Assembly (NCBI GenBank): GCA_035404085.1
Contig: DAONGL010000003.1
Coordinates: forward strand, 22,441-83,351
DNA: 60,911 nucleotides
DNA from: Methanomassiliicoccales archaeon
GTDB lineage: Archaea > Thermoplasmatota > Thermoplasmata > Methanomassiliicoccales > UBA472
Direction of reading: 5' to 3'
Under the pieces are notes generated by a model. The model was given only the letters and a program-made list of their open reading frames with translations. It had not been told where the DNA came from and searched no databases. Below, piece after piece: positions 1-12,750 of the stretch (position 1 is the stretch's first letter; each line of letters starts with the position of its first letter). The translations under genes were made by a program, and so were the position numbers.

Positions 1-817
1 CGGGGTGGCGGGCCATGACCGCCGGGTTGGCGTTGTCCACGTGCAGAACGTTCGGGGACAGGGCGGACATGCCGGAGAGCAAAGATTCCAGGGCCTCCGG
101 GTTCGGCCTCGGGCAGTCGGTGCCGTCCAGTTCGGCCTTGTAGGAAATGATGCAGGTCTGCGAGCCCAGGCGGAAGTTGACCACGCCGCGTTCCCGGAGG
201 GCGCCAGCTTCCGCCACTATCGCCTCCGGCTCCCGGAAGACCGGACGGCCCTTGAGCGGCTCGACGCAGAAGGAACAGCCGCCGTTCACGTAACGAACGC
301 AACCGCGATACGTTTCGAGCTCGGCGGTCAACGGCTGAGGATGGTCCGGGTGGGAGAGCACGCAATCGGCGCCCAACAGCATCCAGCGATCCCATTCCTC
401 GCTCCCGCGCCAGCGGTCACTGGCCTTACCGCTGTTCATGAGATCATGGACCGCCGCGGCGGCGTCCAGGTAATGCGAGTGGTGGAACCTCTCCTTGAGC
501 ACCGGGTCCAGGGCCGCCGGGCCGCCGAGAACGGTCTCTCCCCGGTAGCCCTCGATCAACTGGAACAGCTCCCGGCGGGAGGCCGGCATCCCCCGCAGGT
601 ATCTTCCGGGAACGGACATGCCGGATAGAACGACCAGCAGGTCCGAGGGCGGTAGTTTCTTCCCGTTCCTCCACTGGTCCACGGTGATGTAACTAGGCGT
701 TCCCCCAGCATCCCTCACCGCGCCAAAGACCGCCCTGGGTAGAGGATGTATGTAAGGGGGGACCCCCAGCGACCCCGGCTCGTCTATGTAGCCGTCGAAT
801 ATGAGAACTTCAGGCAC
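1..817 (-). CDS. radical SAM / Fe-S domain protein, N-terminal part (gene runs off the left edge)
   Basis: Absent from the ORF track because it has no stop in the window. My minus-strand translation from GTG 817 (alternative TTG 832) reads VPEVLIFDGYIDEPGSLGVPPYIHPLP...YRGCVRYVNGGCSFCVEP...VNFRLGSQTC...NANPAVMARHP. It has a Cys cluster (CX7CX2C) and protein-like composition. The listed + ORF 5..628 is its antisense shadow. Confidence 0.6.
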   Translation of the reverse strand, partial: MPEVLIFDGYIDEPGSLGVPPYIHPLPRAVFGAVRDAGGTPSYITVDQWRNGKKLPPSDLLVVLSGMSVPGRYLRGMPASRRELFQLIEGYRGETVLGGPAALDPVLKERFHHSHYLDAAAAVHDLMNSGKASDRWRGSEEWDRWMLLGADCVLSHPDHPQPLTAELETYRGCVRYVNGGCSFCVEPLKGRPVFREPEAIVAEAGALRERGVVNFRLGSQTCIISYKAELDGTDCPRPNPEALESLLSGMSALSPNVLHVDNANPAVMARHP

Positions 818-872
818 GGTGGCTCCGTCCAAAACAGGAAAGGGATGGCCTTGGTAGGCCTTTAAGGTGATT

Positions 873-1139
873 TCAGAGCAGGCTTACCTGCATGGTCTCA
901 ACGTTCTGGATACCAGGCACTGCGCGGAGGGCCTCTTCCAGCTTGTCGACCAAACCGGGGGCGTCCTCCATGACGAAGGCCGCTTCCAGCATCTTGAGGC
1001 CAAAGGCCAGGGGCTTGATCTCGGTATTGGCCACCTTGACGTTCGCCGGTATTATCGTTGCCAGCTTGGCTATGAGGGCCGGGAAGTCGAACTCGGTGTC
1101 CTCGGGCATCAACGCGTAGGTGGCGGCGACGGTTCCCAT
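873..1139 (-). CDS. ef1b: translation elongation factor aEF-1 beta
   Basis: The last 89 aa of listed ORF 873..1268 (MGTVAATYALMPEDTEFDF...KPLAFGLKMLEAAFVMEDAPG...IQNVETMQVSLL) match the aEF-1beta pattern and length. I moved the start to ATG 1139 because the upstream 43 codons overlap the Zn-ribbon gene in another frame. Confidence 0.85.
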   Translation of the reverse strand: MGTVAATYALMPEDTEFDFPALIAKLATIIPANVKVANTEIKPLAFGLKMLEAAFVMEDAPGLVDKLEEALRAVPGIQNVETMQVSLL

Positions 1140-1149
1140 GATGAACACC

Positions 1150-1317
1150 TTATGGGCCGATGAAGCCGCACTTCTTGCATTCGTACTTGACGCTCTGGTC
1201 ACGGCACTTGGCGCAGCGGCCGATCTCCTCAGCGCCGCAGATAGGGCACTTGAAGAAGGTGATGCCATTGCCCACTAGCCGAACACCGCATGAGTTGCAG
1301 ATCTTTTCATTCTCCAT
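1150..1317 (-). CDS. small Zn-ribbon protein (COG2888-type, classically paired with aEF-1beta)
   Basis: Below the 60-aa ORF-track cutoff. My translation is MENEKICNSCGVRLVGNGITFFKCPICGAEEIGRCAKCRDQSVKYECKKCGFIGP*. It has four CxxC pairs, ends in GP, and lies 10 nt upstream of ef1b on the same strand. Confidence 0.7.
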   Translation of the reverse strand: MENEKICNSCGVRLVGNGITFFKCPICGAEEIGRCAKCRDQSVKYECKKCGFIGP

Positions 1318-1345
1318 AGGACATCGCTTTGTGCGTGATTATAGT

Positions 1346-1360
1346 CCTTATATAAAAACG
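1346..1360 (-). promoter_or_regulatory. candidate BRE/TATA box for the Zn-ribbon/ef1b dicistron
   Basis: The minus strand reads cgTTTTTATATAAgg about 30 nt upstream of ATG 1317. This spacing is typical of archaeal short-leader transcripts. Confidence 0.35.
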
Positions 1361-1682
1361 TGATTGGTCGGCGCCACCGGCCACTTCAGCTTCTGGGTGC
1401 CCCTTTACGTTATTACCATCATTATATTGGAAGCATAGGTTTGGAGCATGGACAGCGCTTTATATCCTATATATCGTGATATTAATCTTCACGGCACACG
1501 TTCTTATACATTGCTTTCGATACCGTGAAAACAGCAGGAACAATCGGCAGGTCCATGTTGATCGGCGTGCCAACAGGACTAACGTTCCTTGGTGGATGGG
1601 AAATGTTAAATACAACCAGGATTTACTCTCCCGTTCACACGCCGGCACTTACTTCCCAATGGGCCCGTAGCTCAGCTAGGTA

Positions 1683-1710
1683 GGACCTTCGGAGACGGAG
1701 CGTCCCTAGA
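1683..1710 (+). other. tRNA intron 1 (D-loop, about position 20/21), relaxed BHB; the 3' boundary could be 1710-1712
   Basis: A 4-bp helix TAGG(1677-80)/CCTA(1705-08) is flanked by a 3-nt bulge TAG(1681-83), an inner helix GAC(1684-86)/GTC(1702-04) and a CTTC/GGAG hairpin. Removing it restores the D-arm GCTC-AGCTAGGTA(AA)-GAGC. Confidence 0.6.
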
Positions 1711-1750
1711 AAGAGCATCTGGCTTTTAACCAGTTGGTCCGGGGTTCGAA

Positions 1751-1780
1751 TGGTACGCGGTACTTCCGTGTATGCGGAAA
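1751..1780 (+). other. tRNA intron 2 (T-loop, position 59/60), canonical-geometry BHB
   Basis: The T-stem CGGGG/CCCCG stacks on a 4-bp helix TTCG(1745-48)/CGGA(1775-78). Two 3-nt bulges, AAT(1749-51) and AAT(1779-81), flank it, and an 8-bp hairpin pairs 1753-60 with 1766-73. Cleavage after the 2nd bulge nucleotide regenerates the T-loop TTCGAAT. Confidence 0.75.
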
Positions 1781-1906
1781 TCCCCGCGGGCCCGCTTGGG
1801 TAGGAGAAAGAAACATGCAGACCGAAGTATCCAAACCCGATTTCCAAATCGTTTTTAGTAAGTCATTACTTAGCCGAGGAACGACCCGGTTTCTGCATCG
1901 TATGAG

Positions 1907-2182
1907 GTGATTCGTTTGGATGATTCCGTCCCATTTAACGTATTAAAGCACATGATGGTGCCTAGACACGAGCTTTTGAGCGATGAGGAGACCGACAAGG
2001 TTCTCAAGCGGCTCAAGATAACCCGCGACCAGCTGCCCAAGATAAAGGACACTGACGCGGCGATCAAGACACTAAAGGCGGCCATGAACAGGGACATCCC
2101 TGAGAAGAGCGTCGTCAGGATCATTAGGGACAGTCAGACGTCCGAGACGGCGGAGATATTCCGCCTCGTCATAAGAGGGTGA
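1907..2182 (+). CDS. rpoH: DNA-directed RNA polymerase subunit H (Rpo5)
   Basis: [37 protein letters not shown]...[23 protein letters not shown] matches the RpoH pattern. It starts at GTG and has a GTGA overlap with rpoB. Confidence 0.85.
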   Translation: MIRLDDSVPFNVLKHMMVPRHELLSDEETDKVLKRLKITRDQLPKIKDTDAAIKTLKAAMNRDIPEKSVVRIIRDSQTSETAEIFRLVIRG

Positions 2183-5100
2183 ACTTATTGAGGGACCTCG
2201 TCGAACTGTATTTCAGAGAGAGCAGCATAGTCAACCATCATATAGCCAGTTTCAATGATTTTCTGTCATCCCAGAGCAATCCTAACAGCAGGATGCAGAA
2301 GATCGTGGACAACGTGAGGGTGTCCGCCGAGGACCCCGAGCGGGGCATGATCACGCTGGACCCGGAGAAGACCAATGGCCGCATAATCCAGATCCGCGTC
2401 GGTCGCCGACGGGACGAGAAGACCGGCCAGGTCGACCAGCACCTGCCCCCCACCCTCAAGATCGGTGAGCCCATGGTCCGCGAGGCCAACGGTCACACCC
2501 ACAACATCACCCCCATGGAGGCCAGGCTCAGGAACCTGAACTACATAGCCCCCATGCACATGGACGTCACCATCATCGAGGACGGCATCGAGAGGGAGGA
2601 GAAGAACATCCACATCGGAGACCTCCCCATCATGGTCAAGTCCCGGAAGTGCAACATCTTCAAGGAGAACATGGAGAAGGAGTACGACCTCACCGACGAG
2701 CAGTACAACGTCGAGCTCATGAAGAAGAGCGAGGACCCCATGGACGCCGGCGGTTACTTCATCATGGGCGGGACCGAGAGGGTCCTCATCACCTTGGAGG
2801 ACCTAGCCCCGAACCGGGTCATGGTCGAGCTCAGCGAGAGGTACGGCACCGCCATGGAGGTGGCCAAGGTATTCTCGCAGAAGGAAGGCCACCGCGCCCT
2901 CACCCTGGTGGAGAAGAAGCGCGACGGCATGCTCATGGTCACCGTTCCCGCCGCCTCCGGGCAGATACCCCTGGTGGCCTTGATGAAGGCCCTGGGGATG
3001 GAGGATGACCAGCAGATCTACGAGGCCATAGTCTCCTCCCCGGAGATGGCCAACATAGTTTACGCTAACCTGGAAGAGATCCAGGACGCCAAGCTGTACG
3101 GTCCCAACGGCATATTCACCACCGACCACGCCCTGACCTACCTGGAGAAGAAGTTCGCCACCGGTCAGGCCAAGGAATACCGGGTCAAGAAGGTCGAGTC
3201 CATAATCGACCGCTCCCTGCTGCCCCACCTCGGCGATGTCGAGGAGGACCGCATGAAGAAGGCCATCTTCCTGGGCAGGATAGCCAGGTCCGTACTCGAG
3301 CTTTCCCTGGGAAAGCGCAAGGAGGACGACAAGGACCACTACGCCAACAAGCGCCTCAAGCTGTCCGGGGACCTCATGGAGGACCTGTTCCGGGTATCCT
3401 TCACCAACCTGGTGAAGGACATGAAGTACCAGCTGGAGAGGTCCTACGCCAGGCGCAAGGACCTGGTGGTCAAGAGCTCCATCCGGCCGGACCTGATGAC
3501 CCACCGCCTGCAGCACGCCCTGGCCACCGGTAACTGGGTGGGTGGGCGAGCCGGCGTGAGCCAGCTACTGGACCGCACGTCCAACATGGGTACCATCTCT
3601 CACCTGAGGAGGGTCACTTCCTCACTTACCCGAAGCCAGCCTCACTTCGAAGCGCGTGACCTGCACCCCACCCAATGGGGTCGGCTCTGTCCGAACGAGA
3701 CCCCCGAGGGTCAGAACTGCGGACTGGTCAAGAACGCCGCCCTGATCATCAACGTCTCCGAGGGCTTCCGCGAGGAGGACGTCACCTTCCTGCTGAAGGA
3801 CCTGGGGATACACGAGGTCAAGGGCCAGCAGATGGCAGGTACCCGCGTCTACGTGAACGGCGACCTGAAGGGCGTGCACGACCACGCCCTGGACCTGGTA
3901 AACCAGATGAGGAACCGCCGCCGCACCGGTCTGCTCTCGGACGAGATCAACATCCGCTACGACGCGGAGATGGACGAGGTCATCATCAACTGCGACGAGG
4001 GTCGCCTCCGCCGGGCACTGCTGGTGCTCAAGGACGGGCACCTCATGATCACCCGCAAGCACCTGGAGGACATACGGGCCGGCAAGCTGCGCTGGTCCGA
4101 CCTGGTGCGCGAGGGTATACTGGAATGGATCGACGCCGAGGAGGAGGAGGACACCTTCGTCTCCGTGGAGCCTTACGAGGTTCCGCTCCGATGCGGCAAC
4201 TGCGACCGGGACATCTCCCCGCTGGACATGGACTGGATGAACCCCGGGACCACCGACAGGCAGGCCGAGCTGAAGTGCCGGCACTGCGGCGGTACGACCA
4301 AGGTCGACTACCTGTTCGACAAGGCCCACACCCACATGGAGGTGGACCCCATGGTCATCCTGGGTGTCTGCGCCGGAATGGTTCCCTACCCCGAGCACAA
4401 CTCGTCTCCCCGTGTCACCATGGGAGCGGGTATGGCCAAGCAGTCGTTGGGACTCGCTTCCAGCAACTACCGCAAGCGCCCCGACACCCGCGGGCATATC
4501 CTGCACTATCCGCAGAAGCCGATGGTCCAGACCAAGTTCATGGACTTCGTGGCCTTCAACCAGCGCCCGGCCGGGCAGAACTTCGTGGTGGCAGTACTAT
4601 CGTATCACGGCTACAACATGGAAGATGCGCTGATCCTCAACCAGAGCAGCGTGCAGCGCGGTCTGGGGCGATCGACCTTCATGCGAACGTACCGCACGGA
4701 AGAGCGGCGCTACCCTGGAGGTCAGGAGGACCACTTCGAGATACCGTCCCCTGACGTGCGCGGCGCCCGTACCGATTCCGCGTACAACAACCTGTCCGAG
4801 GAGGACGGGCTGATCTCGCCAGAGACCCCGGTCTCCGGCGGTCACGTCCTGGTCGGAAAGACCTCCCCGCCCCGTTTCGTGGAGGAGGAGGAAGCTAACT
4901 TCCTTTCGGGTCACAAGAGGCGCGAGACTTCGGTCACCGTCCGTTCCGGAGAGACCGGCTGGGTGGACAGCGTAATGCTCACCGAGTCGGAGAACGGCTC
5001 CCGCCTGGTGAAGGTTAAGGTGCGCGACGAGAGGATACCGGAACTGGGGGACAAGTTCGCCTCCAGGCACGGGCAGAAGGGAGTGGTCGGGCTTCTGGTC

Positions 5101-5783
5101 CCGGCCTCTGACATGCCCTTCACCACCGACGGTATCATCCCGGACCTGGTCATCAACCCCCACGCCATACCTTCCCGTATGACCGTGGCCCACGTGCTGG
5201 AGATGATCGGCGGCAAGGTCGGCTCCCTCGAGGGAAGGAGCGTCGACGGGACGGCCTTCAGCGGAGAGCGCGAGGATGCCCTGCGCCAATCGTTGGTGGA
5301 CGCCGGTTTCGAGAAGTCCGGCCGCGAGGTCATGTACGACGGTCTCACCGGCCGCATGATACAGGCCGACGTGTTCATCGGCGTGATCTATTATCAGAAA
5401 CTGCACCACATGGTGTCCGGGAAGATGCACGTCAGGTCCCGCGGGCCGGTGCAGATACTCACCAGACAGCCTACGGAAGGCCGGTCCCGTCAGGGTGGCC
5501 TGAGGTTCGGTGAGATGGAGAGGGACTGTCTGATCGGACACGGGGCGGCCATGGTCATCAAGGACCGGTTGCTGGACGAGTCGGACGGTACCTTCCAATG
5601 GGTGTGCGGCAACTCCAACTGCGGGCACATCGCCATACTGGACAAGAGAGGTTCGTTGCGCTGCCCGGTGTGCGGCAACAACACCAACGTGCACATGATC
5701 CAGACGTCGTACGCCTTCAAGCTGCTGCTCGATGAGCTGCTGTCGCTTGGGGTCGCCATGCGCTTACAACTGGAGGATTTGAG

Positions 5784-5787
<4 letters not shown>
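2179..5787 (+). CDS. rpoB: DNA-directed RNA polymerase subunit B (unsplit B''+B', Rpo2)
   Basis: 1202 aa with the conserved blocks [50 protein letters not shown] and a C-terminal Zn ribbon [13 protein letters not shown]. It is one continuous ORF. Confidence 0.97.
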
Positions 5788-10407
<4,620 letters not shown>

Positions 10408-10409
10408 AC

Positions 10410-10838
10410 ATGACCGCTGACATCACCTTTACCGAGGAGACCCTGCGCTACATCAGCCTGTTCGAGAAGATCACCAAGGCCCGGGTCCGCGATTGCATGG
10501 AGACCGAGGAGAAGCTCGTCTACGTCGTTGATCCAGGCCAGGCCAACCGCGCGGTCGGCAAGGCAGGCGAGAACGTGATCAAGCTCAAGAACACCACCGG
10601 CAAGAACATCCAGGTCGTGGAGTTCTCCGACGACGCGGAGACGTTCATCAAGAACGTATTCTACAACTACGGACCGGAGAAGGTGGAGATCGAGACCCGC
10701 GGCACCATCGTTCACGCTACCGTCACCGTCGATCCGGCCGTAAAAGGTCGGGCCATCGGCAAGAACGGCAAGAACCTGAAGATAGCCCGGGACCTGGTCA
10801 ACCGGCACCACAACGTGCAGAGCATCTCGGTGGCCTAG
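10410..10838 (+). CDS. nusA: archaeal transcription termination/antitermination protein NusA (KH domains)
   Basis: The start is trimmed to ATG 10410, 3 nt after the rpl30e stop. MTADITFTEETLRYISLFEKIT...AVGKAGENVIKL...AIGKNGKNLKIARDL shows two KH GxxG motifs. The stop is TAG. Confidence 0.88.
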   Translation: MTADITFTEETLRYISLFEKITKARVRDCMETEEKLVYVVDPGQANRAVGKAGENVIKLKNTTGKNIQVVEFSDDAETFIKNVFYNYGPEKVEIETRGTIVHATVTVDPAVKGRAIGKNGKNLKIARDLVNRHHNVQSISVA

Positions 10839-11896
10839 TTCAGCGGTTGCCGTTCCACCTCTAGCCGGTCCGCGGTCGGGTATTCCTCGACCAGATAGCA
10901 GCGGTAAGGCAGAGCGGCGGCCAGTTCCTCCAACACCCAGAGGGCCACCTCCAACCTCTTTCTCTTTTCATCCCATCCGAACAGCTCGGACGGTACTTCC
11001 TGTTCCTCCAACGAACGAACGGCCTCCTCCGGCCGGTCCGTCTCGATTATTCCGAGCAGCACCATCCCCTCCGAGGTGATCAGGTCCCTGGGCCTCGCCG
11101 TCCGCTTGGCCCTTCTTTTAAGACGTTCGCGGAGCTGCACCTGGTCCTTGAAGCTGGAGGAGCAGAAGTGCACCGGAACCATGTCACCAGCCTCCTCCAT
11201 CACCTGCCAGGAGGTCTCCATGCTCCCCTGCATGGCGCTCGATACGTCCGAACGGACATGGAAGTTCCGGCCGAGCAGCGCCTGGCAATTGGTCTCGGAC
11301 ACCTCCAGCTCGTTCAGGTTCACGAAGTCCAGGCCGATATCGGCGGCCTGCCGGCATATCGACAGTAATCCTTTCAGCTCTCCGGGGACCGCCGGAACTT
11401 CGAATCCTACCTTCATCTCCAGGCCTTGGACGGCCTCGGCGATGCCCAGTTCCTCCAACGAACCCCAGCGCTCGATCGGGGGATGCATCCTCAGCTCGTC
11501 CAGCCCGGCCTCCTGCAGCCTCAGGAACTTCTCGCGGTCGATGGTTGATGTGTACAGGTGGATGTGATGCCCCGGTCCGAAGCGCTGCTTCAGCAGACGG
11601 ATGTACCGTTGCGTACGTTCCATGACCAGCAGCGGGTCTCCACCGGTTATCCCCGTTCCCTTGGCACCGATGGCCTCCGCCTCCCTGATCAGGTCCTCGT
11701 CCTTACTTACCAGTAGCTCGTTGGCGTACACCACGTCCTTTCCCTTCTTCGCCTCCGACAGAGGGCAATAATAGCACGATTCGCCGCACTTGCCAGTGAC
11801 CAGGAGCACCATCTTGCTTCCCTTTCGGCACAGGCGGCATCCTCGCGATAGCCGTTTAGTGTAGCAGGACGACGATTCCATGGGGATGGGGCGCAT
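10835..11896 (-). CDS. radical SAM protein (pyruvate formate-lyase-activase-related, COG2108-like)
   Basis: TGKCGESCYYCP is a CX3CX2C motif, and a GITGGDPL SAM-binding block follows. 353 aa, convergent with nusA. Confidence 0.7.
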   Translation of the reverse strand: MRPIPMESSSCYTKRLSRGCRLCRKGSKMVLLVTGKCGESCYYCPLSEAKKGKDVVYANELLVSKDEDLIREAEAIGAKGTGITGGDPLLVMERTQRYIRLLKQRFGPGHHIHLYTSTIDREKFLRLQEAGLDELRMHPPIERWGSLEELGIAEAVQGLEMKVGFEVPAVPGELKGLLSICRQAADIGLDFVNLNELEVSETNCQALLGRNFHVRSDVSSAMQGSMETSWQVMEEAGDMVPVHFCSSSFKDQVQLRERLKRRAKRTARPRDLITSEGMVLLGIIETDRPEEAVRSLEEQEVPSELFGWDEKRKRLEVALWVLEELAAALPYRCYLVEEYPTADRLEVERQPLN

Positions 11897-11980
11897 GGCA
11901 CCTCTACCGTCCCGGGCGGACTTAACGCTTGCTCATGGCAAAATCCTAAATCGGCGAGGAACGTTGGCATCAGGGATAGC

Positions 11981-12631
11981 ATGAGGAAGCAAAGCCGGGT
12001 CATACTTGCGCTGGACGAGGTGCGTCCCGAGAAGGCGTTCCAGGTCGCGGAACAGGTGCACGACCTGGTGGACGCCATCAAGATCAACTGGCCATTGGTA
12101 CTGGCGACGTCCCCGGAGACCATAACCCGGCTGTCGAAGATGGCCCCGGTCATATGCGACTTCAAGGTGGCCGACATTCCCAACACCGTATCGCTCATAG
12201 TATCGCAAGCGGTGCAGCGCGGTGCGGAAGGCGTCATCGTGCACGGGTTCACCGGAAGCGATTCGGTGAAGGCGGCGGTGGCGGCCGCTGACGGACGCAA
12301 GATATTCGTGGTCACCGAGATGTCCCATCCCGGCGGAGCCGAGTATACCGCCCCGGCCGCCGAATCCTTGGCCAAGATGGCCGTTGATTGTGGCGCGGCC
12401 GGGATCATCGCCCCGGCCACCCGACCGGAGAGGGTGGCGGTCCTGAGAAGGATCGTTGGCGACCTGCTGATCCTTTCCCCGGGAGTTGGCGCCCAGGGCG
12501 GAAGCGCCTCGGCGACCTTGGACAAAGGGGCGGATTACGTCATCGTAGGACGAAGCATCTACGGGGCGGAGGACCCCCGTTCCGCAGCTTTGCAGGTGGT
12601 TAAAGAGGCCCAGGGCGCCCATTCCCGATGA
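11981..12631 (+). CDS. pyrF: orotidine 5'-phosphate decarboxylase
   Basis: VILALDE...DAIKINWPLV...ICDFKVADIPNT...VGRSIY is the typical archaeal PyrF pattern. 216 aa. Confidence 0.9.
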   Translation: MRKQSRVILALDEVRPEKAFQVAEQVHDLVDAIKINWPLVLATSPETITRLSKMAPVICDFKVADIPNTVSLIVSQAVQRGAEGVIVHGFTGSDSVKAAVAAADGRKIFVVTEMSHPGGAEYTAPAAESLAKMAVDCGAAGIIAPATRPERVAVLRRIVGDLLILSPGVGAQGGSASATLDKGADYVIVGRSIYGAEDPRSAALQVVKEAQGAHSR

Positions 12632-12750
12632 GGCGAAATATCGGTTCCGGCGTGGTTAGCCAGATGTCTCTTTTTATAGGCCTGGGTCGGACCAACGTAT
12701 TTATACGGGGTGCGTTATCAGTTGCTAATCACCCCAGAGGAGACTAACTA

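Larger units (their letters stand above)
1661..1794 (+). tRNA. tRNA-Lys (anticodon UUU) interrupted by two non-canonical introns
   Basis: GGGCCCG-TA-GCTC-AGCTAGGTA[intron]GAGC-A-TCTGG-CTTTTAA-CCAGT-TGGTC-CGGGG-TTCGAA[intron]T-CCCCG-CGGGCCC-G. The anticodon TTT is at 1725..1727. The exons assemble into a standard cloverleaf very similar to other archaeal tRNA-Lys. Confidence 0.85.

Noticed and set aside
5-628. 207-aa + strand ORF at the left edge (and the 76-aa ORF 444..674 on the minus strand)
   Set aside because: It is rich in R/G/A/V and low in complexity, and it lies exactly antisense to a much more protein-like minus-strand frame, the radical SAM protein that runs off the edge. It is a typical high-GC shadow ORF.
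1140-1268. 43-codon N-terminal extension of the ef1b ORF
   Set aside because: It is Ser/Ala/Arg-rich and low in complexity, and it overlaps the Zn-ribbon gene in another frame. aEF-1beta is a protein of about 89 aa that starts at MGTV.
10410-11896. The RNAP operon ends after nusA, with no rps12-rps7-fusA-tuf downstream and a convergent radical SAM gene instead
   Set aside because: This is a real observation, but operon breakage at this point occurs in various archaeal lineages. It is not unusual enough to flag without comparative data.
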